64,000 nt of DNA, from IMG/VR virus record IMGVR_UViG_3300042448_001193. One strand, given 5' to 3'. The notes under the pieces were generated by a model. The model worked only from the letters and a program-made list of their open reading frames with translations, was not told the DNA's origin and ran no database searches. Origin of the DNA: a virus (taxonomy: Duplodnaviria > Heunggongvirae > Uroviricota > Caudoviricetes). This document shows, piece after piece, positions 53,304 through 62,617 of the stretch. The position numbers and the translations under genes were made by a program. The stretch's first letter is position 1, and every line of letters begins with the position of its first letter.

Positions 53304-53849
53304 TCAGGCTTTCACGAAAGGTGCAAGCTCTGGAGCAGTCCAACCCTCAGGTTTTAGAACTTTACCATCCGCACGTTTGATAACTTTACCAGTTACCAAA
53401 TCAATTTTGGCTAAGTTACTTCGCGCAACCTCAGCCCATGCTCCATCAACATCGTAACCTTTCATCTTGCAGTAACCCAAGATAACCCAGATCATGTCCA
53501 TGCAAGCATCAAGTTGTTCAACCTCATCATTGGCTTTCATTGCGTCTTGAAATTCCCAATACTCTTCATTGATCAGATTACGATACAAGCTAACATTTTC
53601 TTTGCTAGGCAGTTGGTCACATGCATCAATGAATGTATTCACGTCCTGATTCATGTCGGTGTTCAGTTTTTTCAAAATAATTGCTCCATTTTCCATACTA
53701 ATATTTAATCTGGTACCTTCGTACCAACCCATGTCTTGCACCAAATCATCAGGCAACTGTAGAATGGCATCACCATTATCCAGAATCTCCACGATTTCAG
53801 CACTATAAGTTTTATCCTTCAATTGACACCCTCTTCCATTCATCACCAA
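53304..53849 (-). CDS. fusion of AbrB/MazE-like swapped-hairpin domain with MazG-like NTP pyrophosphohydrolase domain
   Basis: N-terminal AEIVEILDNGDAILQLP ... GAIILKK; C-terminal EEYWEFQDAM ... EQLDACMDMIWVIL. Confidence 0.45.
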   Translation of the reverse strand: MVMNGRGCQLKDKTYSAEIVEILDNGDAILQLPDDLVQDMGWYEGTRLNISMENGAIILKKLNTDMNQDVNTFIDACDQLPSKENVSLYRNLINEEYWEFQDAMKANDEVEQLDACMDMIWVILGYCKMKGYDVDGAWAEVARSNLAKIDLVTGKVIKRADGKVLKPEGWTAPELAPFVKA

Positions 53850-54126
53850 TTTTCATCCACAATCTGTCATCTTTTCCCACAGCCATTGCAACAGAGTTTG
53901 TCACACGCGGATTAGAATGAAATTGAATTCCATAAGGACTAGCTGGAGCTTTTGGTTCATCATATGATCCAGTAAGTTGTAGCGTGTAAGCAGTTTTCGG
54001 TGGTGCAAGATGTGTAATATCACGATTGGCTTCTCCAATCTCTTTTACTTGCCTATAAGATGCTGCACCCACAGCGAATGCACCGATGATGCCTGCACCT
54101 TTTAAAAAATTTCTTCGCATGTTCAT
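53812..54126 (-). CDS. small exported protein with twin-arginine (Tat) signal (MNMRRNFLKGAGIIGAFAVGAAS)
   Basis: RRxFLK motif plus h-region. Confidence 0.5.
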   Translation of the reverse strand: MNMRRNFLKGAGIIGAFAVGAASYRQVKEIGEANRDITHLAPPKTAYTLQLTGSYDEPKAPASPYGIQFHSNPRVTNSVAMAVGKDDRLWMKIGDEWKRVSIEG

Positions 54127-54551
54127 AATTTTTCCACTTTCACTCCGGCTCTCTCCAAGAACTGAACGCCATCAGCATTACGATAATGATTACGATAATA
54201 CACAGAAGAGATACCACTTTGAAAAACAAGTTTGGCGCAATCAATACAAGGGGCATGAGTGATAAACATAGTAGCACCGTCGCCAGACTCGGTACTTTTT
54301 GCCAGTTTTGCAATTGCGTTGGTTTCTGCATGTAATACCTCTGGTTTTGTTTTTAGTACGGGTGCACCCTTATCATAACCAACAATATTCTCACATGTAT
54401 TGTCCCAGCCAGATGGCATGCCGTTATATCCGATGGATATAATTCTATCATCTTTTACAACGATAGCACCGACCTGCAATCTAACTGCGGTTGAACAGTT
54501 AGCAAATGTTTCAGCAGTCGTCATGAATGCTTCAATGTGCTTTGTCTTCAT
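54123..54551 (-). CDS. cd: dCMP deaminase (HAETNAI ... PCIDCAKL)
   Basis: CDA Zn-binding motifs, 142 aa. Confidence 0.8.
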   Translation of the reverse strand: MKTKHIEAFMTTAETFANCSTAVRLQVGAIVVKDDRIISIGYNGMPSGWDNTCENIVGYDKGAPVLKTKPEVLHAETNAIAKLAKSTESGDGATMFITHAPCIDCAKLVFQSGISSVYYRNHYRNADGVQFLERAGVKVEKL

Positions 54552-54581
54552 AGCAATTATGTATGTTAGTTGAACATGCAG

Positions 54582-54977
54582 TCATTTTGTTTTCTCCGCA
54601 ATTTGTTTATAACCTGAAGTGGTAGGATGAACGCCATCTTTACTCAATCCTGTAATTGGAAGAACGGTGTCACCATACTCTTTTGACACATCTTGGATCA
54701 TCATCTGAATGTCTGGTTTTATTGCAGGTAAAATCCAAAAAACTCTAGCTGTTCCAACTTTCTCACGAATACGTTGAAGCTCTGCTTTAGTTCTAATGCC
54801 ATTATGATCATTGCTACCTAAACTAATGATCACAGTCTTTGCAGATAAATCATTTTTTAGATAGTTACGATTCCACTGCATACTGTTCCAACCAGTTTTT
54901 GCATGTACAACACACTCCGGTCTAGCCATGTGTGTTCCTACTGCAATACTGTCACCAAGAATTAAGCAATCAATCAT
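54582..54977 (-). CDS. SGNH/GDSL-type hydrolase (LILGDSIAVG)
   Basis: GDS block I motif. Confidence 0.5.
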   Translation of the reverse strand: MIDCLILGDSIAVGTHMARPECVVHAKTGWNSMQWNRNYLKNDLSAKTVIISLGSNDHNGIRTKAELQRIREKVGTARVFWILPAIKPDIQMMIQDVSKEYGDTVLPITGLSKDGVHPTTSGYKQIAEKTK

Positions 54978-55891
54978 ATGTCAAGGTATTGAAGTTCAAA
55001 ACGATCAGCGCAATCTTCATAATTGATGTATCCGCGTGGATTACATACAATGCGAGTTGAGCCGATCATGTAGTCAAAACGATCATGTGTATGACCGTGT
55101 GTCCATAGTTTGATCTGTGGATGATCAAGAATAAACTCTGACAAGTCAGAAGAGTATGCACCATTCATCATCACATCGTTTTGATATTGTGGCTTTGTTG
55201 ACAATTTACATGGAGCGTGGTGACCCACAACTACAAATTTTTCATCAAACATTCCCTCAATAACATGGCGAATATATTCCTTCATGGCTACATGATCCGC
55301 ATATGCATCTTCTGGGCTGAATGACGCAATATCTTCTTTGAATTTGAATCCATCAGGAATCGCCATTCCTTTTTCATCAAGTACGTATTGGCCATCATCG
55401 CCACGTTTGTATACAGGAACTTTACGAGTGACTACGCGCTTGCTATTTTTAACAATGCGGAAATCGTTCATCATGCTACGAACATGGTATAATGTTAGTG
55501 CATCACCATTGTTCATATCTGTCCACAAAGTGCCGCCAATAAATGTCACACCATTTACTGTAACATATTCACGGTCTAGAATGTGTAGATTTTTCAGATA
55601 TCCAAGTTTCTCTTTGAGTCTGGGAAGAGACAGTGCATAATCACCATGATAGTGTTCATGGTTGCCAGCAACATACAAGACTGTAGGAAATCGCTCGGAG
55701 CATTCTTGGAAGAATGTGTGATATCGATTAGACTTGTCGGATGCGCCCAACAGATTATGGACATCCTGGTCGTTCAACTCATTGGCTAAGCAAATGTCAC
55801 CTGAAAGAATCAGAACATCGGCGTTTTCTGTGTTTTGGAGGGAGATTGTTCCGAATTCTAGGTGTAGATCGGATGCGAGTGCAATTTTCAT
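54974..55891 (-). CDS. calcineurin-like metallophosphoesterase (ASDLHLE ... GNHEHY ... GHTH)
   Basis: MPE motifs. Confidence 0.65.
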   Translation of the reverse strand: MKIALASDLHLEFGTISLQNTENADVLILSGDICLANELNDQDVHNLLGASDKSNRYHTFFQECSERFPTVLYVAGNHEHYHGDYALSLPRLKEKLGYLKNLHILDREYVTVNGVTFIGGTLWTDMNNGDALTLYHVRSMMNDFRIVKNSKRVVTRKVPVYKRGDDGQYVLDEKGMAIPDGFKFKEDIASFSPEDAYADHVAMKEYIRHVIEGMFDEKFVVVGHHAPCKLSTKPQYQNDVMMNGAYSSDLSEFILDHPQIKLWTHGHTHDRFDYMIGSTRIVCNPRGYINYEDCADRFELQYLDI

Positions 55892-55901
55892 AATATAAGA
55901 T

Positions 55902-55935
55902 GCCTTTCTATGCTGTTAGTATAGCACAGAAAGGC
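55902..55935 (-). terminator. hairpin (gcctttct-N-agaaaggc) downstream of hsp20; overlaps minus-strand TTGACA-17-TATACT promoter (55918-55946) for the phosphoesterase gene
   Basis: inverted repeat plus promoter hexamers read on minus strand. Confidence 0.4.
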
Positions 55936-55949
55936 TTTCCTGTCAAGTA

Positions 55950-56432
55950 TTACTCTTGAAGAAGAGTTTTATTTTTGGTAGATTTGAGTACTTTATCGTT
56001 ACCACCAGAAGCGATTGGAATGCGTTTTGGCAGCTTTTCCTCAGGAATGACGTTCACTAGCTTGACGGTCAGAATACCGTTCTCCAGACCCGCTCCATCC
56101 ACCTGAACCGTGTCCGCCAGGCGAACAACTTTCTTGAATGCGCGAGTACCGATGCCTCGATGCAAATAAGAACGATTCTCATCCACAGTAGCTTTCTTGC
56201 CTGTGATGGTCAATTCACCCTTTAGTGTCTCGATTTCGATTTCGTCTTCCGAGAATCCCGCAACAGCAAGTTCAACCAAATAATTGTTGTCGTCTAGCTT
56301 GACGATGTTATGTGGTGGAAAAGTGTTTGCTGGAAGTTTTTCTAGTGCGAGTTGATCGAATGCATCAAAGAAACGATCAAAGCCGACAGTTTGTGGGACC
56401 AATGGTCCAAAGTTTATACGTCCTAATGTCAT
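55950..56432 (-). CDS. Hsp20/alpha-crystallin family small heat-shock protein (start MTLGRINFGP, SD AGGAG)
   Basis: alpha-crystallin domain motifs; start trimmed. Confidence 0.7.
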   Translation of the reverse strand: MTLGRINFGPLVPQTVGFDRFFDAFDQLALEKLPANTFPPHNIVKLDDNNYLVELAVAGFSEDEIEIETLKGELTITGKKATVDENRSYLHRGIGTRAFKKVVRLADTVQVDGAGLENGILTVKLVNVIPEEKLPKRIPIASGGNDKVLKSTKNKTLLQE

Positions 56433-56607
56433 AAGTTTTCTCCTATAAAAGCAAGTTGTGAAATGATACCTCGAAAGCGTATCGTTGTGCTGGTTACTTT
56501 CTCCAGCGTACACTAACGAGGTACAGTCTTATTCATCCGGACGCCTGAAAATGATCACTCATTCTCTAACCGTTAACGTCAAACGGCCCTAAGGTGGGTT
56601 CTGTTAT

Positions 56608-56790
56608 TTATACAATTTTGACAAATGCAGCACCATTCACAAAATATTTTCTTTGTGGGTTTTGCTCTGTGTATACCTGTATGAATGTCATTGTGCTATC
56701 GACACGTTTCTCATACAGGTTGCTTGTTATGACAATTTCACCTGTGTAGATGTTCTTTAGCTTTGTCAATTTCTCTTTCACTTTTTTCAT
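56608..56790 (-). CDS. hypothetical protein (60 aa)
   Basis: ORF. Confidence 0.35.
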   Translation of the reverse strand: MKKVKEKLTKLKNIYTGEIVITSNLYEKRVDSTMTFIQVYTEQNPQRKYFVNGAAFVKIV

Positions 56791-56799
56791 AATATAAAA

Positions 56800-57201
56800 T
56801 CACTCTGGACTCTTCTTACCTATGTTGTATTTGCTGACTAGCTCCCAATCGTCTTTCTCACGGAAGGGAATGATTTTGATATGGTGAATCTCAGCGATCT
56901 TGTCTACCATAATTTCTGGATTAACAATCGTAACTAAGCCCCACTGCTCAAGCAATTTGGCAATTGCATTACGTCTTTCAATGTCGTTGTCTACGATACT
57001 AGATGGCTTTCCATCCAATGCAAACAGTTCTTTAAAATGTGTAATGTAATATTGACCGCGCTTATGTAGGATATGGCACGACTGGTACAGTATTTTCTCT
57101 TTGCGAGAAGACACACCAATCCGTGTTAATGTCTCACGTACTTTCAAAAAATCATCTTGTTCTTTCAGCTTCACCTCAACAAATGTTGATAAATCTACCA
57201 T
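56800..57201 (-). CDS. regA: translational repressor RegA
   Basis: strong similarity to T4 RegA (DFLKVRETLTRIG ... ILYQSCHIL). Confidence 0.85.
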   Translation of the reverse strand: MVDLSTFVEVKLKEQDDFLKVRETLTRIGVSSRKEKILYQSCHILHKRGQYYITHFKELFALDGKPSSIVDNDIERRNAIAKLLEQWGLVTIVNPEIMVDKIAEIHHIKIIPFREKDDWELVSKYNIGKKSPE

Positions 57202-57203
57202 GG

Positions 57204-57590
57204 CTACTTCCCCAATCCACCTTTATCGGTCTTTTCTTTTAATTCTTGGATTTGTTTGTCAGTAAGCAGTCTGAGTGCATCCCTAGCTTTCGCATCAGAG
57301 AAACCGTAGAAAGATTTTATACATGCTATATCATCACTTTTTTCAGGCTTTATCCACTTATTGAAAGGCCTTTTCTTAGCCCTGATAGTATTTAGTAAAA
57401 AATCATTCTGTAGCTTTTTGTCCAGCTGGTGTCTACGATTCATTTCATTGGCATACAATACACAGTCTTTATGGTAGGACAGTGCTCGGTTGACCATGAA
57501 TGGTACGTATTCAGCCTCAGTAGATTCATCAACGATCAGTTGTTTCTTACCCTGCAGAATTTGATTTGCATATTCAAAGGGATTACTCAT
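57204..57590 (-). CDS. gp62: clamp-loader small subunit (T4 gp62-like, shortened)
   Basis: YVPFMVNRALS and RAKKRPFNKWIKP resemble T4 gp62 segments. Confidence 0.55.
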   Translation of the reverse strand: MSNPFEYANQILQGKKQLIVDESTEAEYVPFMVNRALSYHKDCVLYANEMNRRHQLDKKLQNDFLLNTIRAKKRPFNKWIKPEKSDDIACIKSFYGFSDAKARDALRLLTDKQIQELKEKTDKGGLGK

Positions 57591-57874
57591 ACTCTATCCA
57601 GTTTAATGCGAGGAACTTTATTCCATAGTTCCTCACTGACAACATTTCCATACTGATCGTGCTTTGTATGTTTCACCTGTAGTTCAACACCATCGGGCTG
57701 TCCATCTTTTGTCCATTCCACAACCCTAAATTGATAAGACAATGGATAAGGAACAACTGTGGGAAACGATCCAGTTATTGTAGCAGTCAAACCAGAAGAT
57801 GCCGGTGCATATGATGTGGGCAAACTGGAAATGATACTGGTTGTATCTAATTTAGTTGATTGGTCTAGCTTCAT
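57587..57874 (-). CDS. hypothetical protein (95 aa) inserted between 44 and 62
   Basis: ORF. Confidence 0.4.
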   Translation of the reverse strand: MKLDQSTKLDTTSIISSLPTSYAPASSGLTATITGSFPTVVPYPLSYQFRVVEWTKDGQPDGVELQVKHTKHDQYGNVVSEELWNKVPRIKLDRV

Positions 57875-58452
57875 GATAAAAACTCATTCAGATTATTTTT
57901 GATTCCGAAGTCACGCAATTGACCGGATTTAGAAGAAGGTATTCCCGTATTCCTTGTTGTATTTTCAGCAAGATTCAAAAGAGGAGGTTTACTCCAACGT
58001 CTTTGATATAGGTATATAAACTCCTGCTCAACAACACTCAGATATCCTCTAACATTTTGTGATAGAATGGAATTGCCAGGAACACAAACATTCATAAAAA
58101 TTGTTTTGTGTGGATTTATTTTAGGCAAATAATAGTCATGAAAGCCTCTATACTTTTCATCAAAAGTATCATTTATCTTTGTCAAGTTGCGCCAGTGATA
58201 TTTCTGGCGATATGCGAATCCTGTGAAATATTCTTTTTTGTTACTGTCATATGTGTACTCAAAAGATGTTCCACCAGACATGCCAATGTAGAAAGTATCT
58301 TCAAGTTCGTATGGCAAAACTTTATCACTTGGCTTTTCATCAAGAAAAGCAAATGCATATACTGCCGCAGTAATATGATTTTTCATCTCACGAATTTCAG
58401 TTTGAGTAAACCAACCCAATGATCTACCACCATCATCATACAAATAACTCAT
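57871..58452 (-). CDS. hypothetical protein (193 aa) inserted between 44 and 62
   Basis: ORF. Confidence 0.45.
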   Translation of the reverse strand: MSYLYDDGGRSLGWFTQTEIREMKNHITAAVYAFAFLDEKPSDKVLPYELEDTFYIGMSGGTSFEYTYDSNKKEYFTGFAYRQKYHWRNLTKINDTFDEKYRGFHDYYLPKINPHKTIFMNVCVPGNSILSQNVRGYLSVVEQEFIYLYQRRWSKPPLLNLAENTTRNTGIPSSKSGQLRDFGIKNNLNEFLS

Positions 58453-58736
58453 GCTAACATCCTAATCAAACCGATAGTGTCTATGGTAGTAAGCAAGAGG
58501 TAGTTAGCCAACATGCCAAAAGATTTGCGAGTAAAAGCAGCCCAAGCATAGAGACCGCAGCCGATGATCCAAATAGGATAAAGAGCAAGTAGGGGCGGAT
58601 TCGGGACTGTAAGAGCCATGGTAATGCTACAGCCAATTGAAATAGCCCAAGCAAGCAACTCAACGCCAAAACGAAAAGGATGAGAGTCAATGTCATTTTT
58701 GATCCACTCAATGGTTGGTTTAAAAAACGTAATCAT
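58449..58736 (-). CDS. multi-TM small membrane protein (95 aa)
   Basis: hydrophobic. Confidence 0.4.
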   Translation of the reverse strand: MITFFKPTIEWIKNDIDSHPFRFGVELLAWAISIGCSITMALTVPNPPLLALYPIWIIGCGLYAWAAFTRKSFGMLANYLLLTTIDTIGLIRMLA

Positions 58737-59674
58737 TTGAATTCCACACCAACCATCAACTCAGTCAAACATGCAACCGTGTTGATTTCTGCATCAGCAA
58801 CGAATGCATGTTTATACTGATAGTCTGCGAGAATAATCACAGCTTGAGGAATACTCTGTGGCTGCAACACATCATACATTCCATCGTAGAGTTTACGATA
58901 CAGTGTAGCTGGATCAATATCACTTGATGCAACCCACTTGCGCAAGGCACCAAAGTCTTTGTCTTTCAAAAACTTGATGACTTCACCCATGCTAACGTCA
59001 CCAACCTGTGACAGAATGCCAACGTCAATAGTCTTGTCTACGTTGGATGAATATCTTTGTAGTTCATTCAGAACACGGCGAAAGTCTGGAAAGTGTTTCT
59101 TCACAACCTCAGCGATTACTTTAGGATCAAACTTGACATTTTCCTCAGCAAGAATACCGGAAACACGCTTGAAGAATTGACCAGCCATTCCAGTTTTCTC
59201 AGGTGATTTCAGTGTGAAATCCACAACAGCACATCGGCTGTGCAGTGGATCAATGATCTTGTTTTTGAAGTTGCATGTGAAGATGAAAGAACAATTTGAT
59301 GCAAACTCTTCAATCACATTCCTGAATGCGGCTTGTGCGTTAGGTGAAAGATAATCAGCCTCATCAACGATGATGACCTTTCGTCCACCAGTGAATGACA
59401 TGGTAGAAGCAAAGTCTTTGATCTTGCTTCGTACCATATCAACACCAGTTTCATCTGAGCCATTGATGACCAAATAGTCTGCATCAACTTCATTACACAT
59501 CGCTTTAGCAACAGTAGTCTTACCAACACCTGCGCCACCATGTAGCAACAGGTTTGGAATTTCGTTCTTGTTGACGTACTCCTGAAAAGGAGCTTTCAGT
59601 CGGTCAGGAAGAATACACTCCGCGATTGTTTTTGGGCGATACCGTTCCACCCACAAAAGATGATCTAAACTCAT
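58733..59674 (-). CDS. gp44: clamp-loader AAA+ ATPase (T4 gp44-like)
   Basis: Walker A GGAGVGKTT, SRC-like motif region, 313 aa. Confidence 0.85.
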   Translation of the reverse strand: MSLDHLLWVERYRPKTIAECILPDRLKAPFQEYVNKNEIPNLLLHGGAGVGKTTVAKAMCNEVDADYLVINGSDETGVDMVRSKIKDFASTMSFTGGRKVIIVDEADYLSPNAQAAFRNVIEEFASNCSFIFTCNFKNKIIDPLHSRCAVVDFTLKSPEKTGMAGQFFKRVSGILAEENVKFDPKVIAEVVKKHFPDFRRVLNELQRYSSNVDKTIDVGILSQVGDVSMGEVIKFLKDKDFGALRKWVASSDIDPATLYRKLYDGMYDVLQPQSIPQAVIILADYQYKHAFVADAEINTVACLTELMVGVEFK

Positions 59675-59694
59675 ATTTCACTTTCAAATAACAA

Positions 59695-59702
59695 AATATA
59701 TA
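59695..59702 (+). promoter_or_regulatory. T4 late-promoter-like box TATAAATA upstream of homing endonuclease gene
   Basis: exact TATAAATA about 62 nt before ATG 59765. Confidence 0.4.
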
Positions 59703-59764
59703 AATAGGTATAGGTCGCCGAGCGGGAACTCGCACCTATTCTAACATGAAAGGACCATGCCAGC

Positions 59765-60325
59765 ATGATTATTTATCAAATCACCAACAAACTTACCGAT
59801 GATTTTTATATTGGTAAGACTAAGAATCATCAAGAACGATTCTATAGGCACAAGTATAACGCAACCCACAACAAAAGTCAAACATACATACACCGCGCCA
59901 TGAGAAAATATGGAGTAGAAAACTTCACATTTTCCATTTTGGAAGAAGTTGAGTCTCCGGAAGTTTTGAATCAACGAGAAATGTATTGGATAGATCAACT
60001 CAAACCAAAATACAATATGACTAGTGGTGGTGATGGCGGAGACACATCAAATTCACCAAACTACAGAGCAGCTATAAAAAGAATTCACTCAAATAAGAAT
60101 CCGAAAGATTACGCGACATATGGAATGCTGGGTAAAAAGCAATCTTGCAATTTTTTTGAGGCGATTACAAAAGCAAACTCATGTCCAGTCTCTTGTGATG
60201 GCGTTGTTTATGATTCGGTGGGAAAAGCCCAATCTTCTTTTCCTGGAATCAGTATCAGAAAACGATTGGATAGTGAAAAGTATCCAACGTTTTTCAGACT
60301 TAGACCTAAAACCAGAAGAAAATGA
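59765..60325 (+). CDS. GIY-YIG homing endonuclease (Seg-like) inserted between genes 44 and 45 on opposite strand
   Basis: IYQITN ... YIGKT ... R ... NF ... LE ... REMYWI motifs. Confidence 0.8.
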   Translation: MIIYQITNKLTDDFYIGKTKNHQERFYRHKYNATHNKSQTYIHRAMRKYGVENFTFSILEEVESPEVLNQREMYWIDQLKPKYNMTSGGDGGDTSNSPNYRAAIKRIHSNKNPKDYATYGMLGKKQSCNFFEAITKANSCPVSCDGVVYDSVGKAQSSFPGISIRKRLDSEKYPTFFRLRPKTRRK

Positions 60326-60331
60326 TATCAA

Positions 60332-61066
60332 TCAGGCTTCGCTGTTTGAACCAATCTCAGTTGCGATCCAATACTGAATCTGCTTTGCGGTATTCTTGAA
60401 ACTTGCGATACCCTTGAATGAAATTGACACTTCATATGCGCCAGGAATCATCTTCAAGTTTTCTGTTTTAAATAGCATAGAATATCGCTTGCCATTTCCA
60501 ACACCAACCTCAAGTTCATTCGTATGTGACGATGTATTTTTGTTGTCTAGTGCATGAAGGAAGATTTTTGATCCATCAGATTTGAGAGCAACGTGTGGCG
60601 TAGCAAGACGACCAGATGCTTTTACAATGTGTTCCAAATCTTCCTGTGACAACTGAAATGTCACATCAGGTGTTGGCATGTTCACACTCTTTTCCGGTGC
60701 GTTTTTGATGTTGCTCGCATCACAAATGCGGTAAACTGTTTTGCTTCGTCCTGATGCCGCAGAGACAACAACGGAATTCGTAGATTCTTCAAACACAAGT
60801 GTTGAATTCTCACCTTCAAGATCAAGTGCTGACAGAAAACGATTCAAGTCAAAGATACCAAAATCATTTGGAATAACCTCACTGATGGTAGTCTCAGCGA
60901 GAATTTGTTTCTGTGCGTCACATGTACGCAAAACATTACCTTGACGGAACACAATTCCATCATTGATGTTGGCGAAATTCTTCAAAATGCTTAGTGTGTC
61001 TTTAGATAGCTTCATAATATACTCCAATAAAAAATCAATTGTACAACATTCATTCTGCTTTGTCAA
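60332..61066 (-). CDS. gp45: sliding clamp (T4 gp45-like)
   Basis: N-terminus MKLSKDTLSILKNFANINDGIVF matches T4 gp45 MKLSKDTTALLKNFATINSGIML. Confidence 0.85.
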   Translation of the reverse strand: MTKQNECCTIDFLLEYIMKLSKDTLSILKNFANINDGIVFRQGNVLRTCDAQKQILAETTISEVIPNDFGIFDLNRFLSALDLEGENSTLVFEESTNSVVVSAASGRSKTVYRICDASNIKNAPEKSVNMPTPDVTFQLSQEDLEHIVKASGRLATPHVALKSDGSKIFLHALDNKNTSSHTNELEVGVGNGKRYSMLFKTENLKMIPGAYEVSISFKGIASFKNTAKQIQYWIATEIGSNSEA

Positions 61067-61400
61067 CAGAATATTTCACATCATGTTCGTATAGGAAATA
61101 CAAACAACATGCGGCGTGAGCGAGGTGATGAATACCAGATTCAGAATCTAGTTTTTCACCTTGTTTCCATGCCCATAGATGCCTTTGTAAGGCGGCAAAG
61201 TATCTGCGTTTGGAATCAGGCACTTTTTGCCAGTTGTCTGGCTCATACTTCTGTGCACCAAACGTCAGAACCTTTACCATTTCTTCCAGTGCTAGTGGCG
61301 GCACCAAATCATAGCGCAACTTGTCACTGTCAAATTTGCGACCGGGTGTGGTATCAGTCGCACTCACATGTACAGTTTCATCATCAGTGAAATGTCGCAT
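61050..61400 (-). CDS. hypothetical protein (116 aa)
   Basis: ORF. Confidence 0.4.
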   Translation of the reverse strand: MRHFTDDETVHVSATDTTPGRKFDSDKLRYDLVPPLALEEMVKVLTFGAQKYEPDNWQKVPDSKRRYFAALQRHLWAWKQGEKLDSESGIHHLAHAACCLYFLYEHDVKYSVDKAE

Positions 61401-62215
61401 TACAACTTTCCAGTCAACTCTGCAATCTTAGGCATGTTACCAGTGAAAGCGTATGTGCCAATATGTTGGGTCTTCATCCATGGGCACAGATAGATTTTAC
61501 CACCAGTTTTTCTCCACAGTTGGCAGAACATATAGTCCTCAGACAAATAACGATCAGAGCCACCGCCAGTTGCACTGTCTTTGGTATCAATGATTGTGTC
61601 AAAGTATGCGTGGATATAACGTGTGCCATCAAAGTTGGCTTGACCAACGTGATCGGGTTTGTATCGCAACTGAGGATAGGCTTCGGCCAGCACAGGGAAA
61701 ACTTCACGTTTCACCATCATAAATCCTGTACCAATCTCAAGAACTTCCAATGGCTCAGTCACTGTGAATTGTTGTGTGCCTTTTACTACGTTGAAAACGT
61801 AATCGCCCACCAAGTTTTCCAATTCGCTTGCGGGCATATCAGGATGTTTCCTTGCAGCCTCAGCAATATTATTCCAATTGATTGACTTCTTTGGATATGG
61901 TCCGCCAATAACATCTTTATCCAAAGCAAGTAGTGCCACAACGTCTTGAGGACTAAAATGTACGTCAGAGTCTATGAATAGCATATGCGTACAATCGGAA
62001 CGCAAAAATTCATCGACCAGATAATTTCTTGCGCGGGTAATTAATGATTCGTTGAATAGGAAAGAAAAACGAATTTCAACTCCATACTTCATCATCATCG
62101 TCTGTAAATCCAGGCAAGATTTCATATACATGCCGTGATTCATACCACCATACATTGGCGTTGCAATGAACAGTTTGTTCTTTTTCAAATCTTCAATTTT
62201 GACTTTGATTTCCAT
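61400..62215 (-). CDS. hypothetical protein, possible GT-A-like transferase (DSD motif) (271 aa)
   Basis: weak. Confidence 0.3.
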   Translation of the reverse strand: MEIKVKIEDLKKNKLFIATPMYGGMNHGMYMKSCLDLQTMMMKYGVEIRFSFLFNESLITRARNYLVDEFLRSDCTHMLFIDSDVHFSPQDVVALLALDKDVIGGPYPKKSINWNNIAEAARKHPDMPASELENLVGDYVFNVVKGTQQFTVTEPLEVLEIGTGFMMVKREVFPVLAEAYPQLRYKPDHVGQANFDGTRYIHAYFDTIIDTKDSATGGGSDRYLSEDYMFCQLWRKTGGKIYLCPWMKTQHIGTYAFTGNMPKIAELTGKL

Positions 62216-62221
62216 AATGTT

Positions 62222-62251
62222 TCCATAAATAAAGGGAGTGATACAGTATAT
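62222..62251 (-). terminator. perfect 12-bp stem hairpin (aagggagtgata-cagtat-tatcactccctt) with T-rich flank on minus strand
   Basis: inverted repeat; bidirectional terminator candidate. Confidence 0.6.
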
Positions 62252-62282
62252 ATCACTCCCTTGATCAGATTTTATTGATCAA

Positions 62283-62546
62283 TCAGGCAAAAGTGGCAAC
62301 ACGCTTTGTTTTAGACTGAGTAGCCAACATGCGCTTAGTTGGTGTACCCAGGCGATAGAAACTAATCTTGCGACCATCTTCCAAAGTCTTGGTGTTGGTA
62401 TAGATAGCATGACCTTCTTTGCGCAACTCGCCGATCCGTGCGGCGACATTGGAAATGCCAAATCGTACACGGGCTTGTGCGGTAGTAAAGGTATTGTATC
62501 CCTCAGTTTTGCTCAGAGCAAGCAACATTTTCTGTTTTACGTTCAT
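62283..62546 (-). CDS. small winged-helix/HTH-like DNA-binding protein (87 aa)
   Basis: ORF flanked by two strong hairpins. Confidence 0.4.
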   Translation of the reverse strand: MNVKQKMLLALSKTEGYNTFTTAQARVRFGISNVAARIGELRKEGHAIYTNTKTLEDGRKISFYRLGTPTKRMLATQSKTKRVATFA

Positions 62547-62617
62547 AAGAACTCCATAATAAAATCACACTTGTTTTGTGAGAGGTGATTGAAATCTCAT
62601 TACACATGATAGCATAA

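Noticed and set aside
54974-55891. Metallophosphoesterase as the T4 gp47 (Mre11-like) recombination nuclease
   Set aside because: It is located between 43 and 44 rather than next to a Rad50-like gp46. No SbcC/Rad50 partner is present in the window. It is only generically calcineurin-like, so it was kept as a generic phosphoesterase.
56514-56607. tRNA-like candidate upstream of hsp20 (GGTTC-containing stretch)
   Set aside because: Neither strand folds into acceptor, T-arm or D-arm geometry. Interpreted as a 5' leader instead.
61050-61400. 116-aa protein as another MazG/dNTP pyrophosphatase
   Set aside because: It has a single acidic cluster and a conserved H/W pattern, but no clear EExxE ... 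EE-GD signature. Evidence is too weak, so it was left hypothetical.
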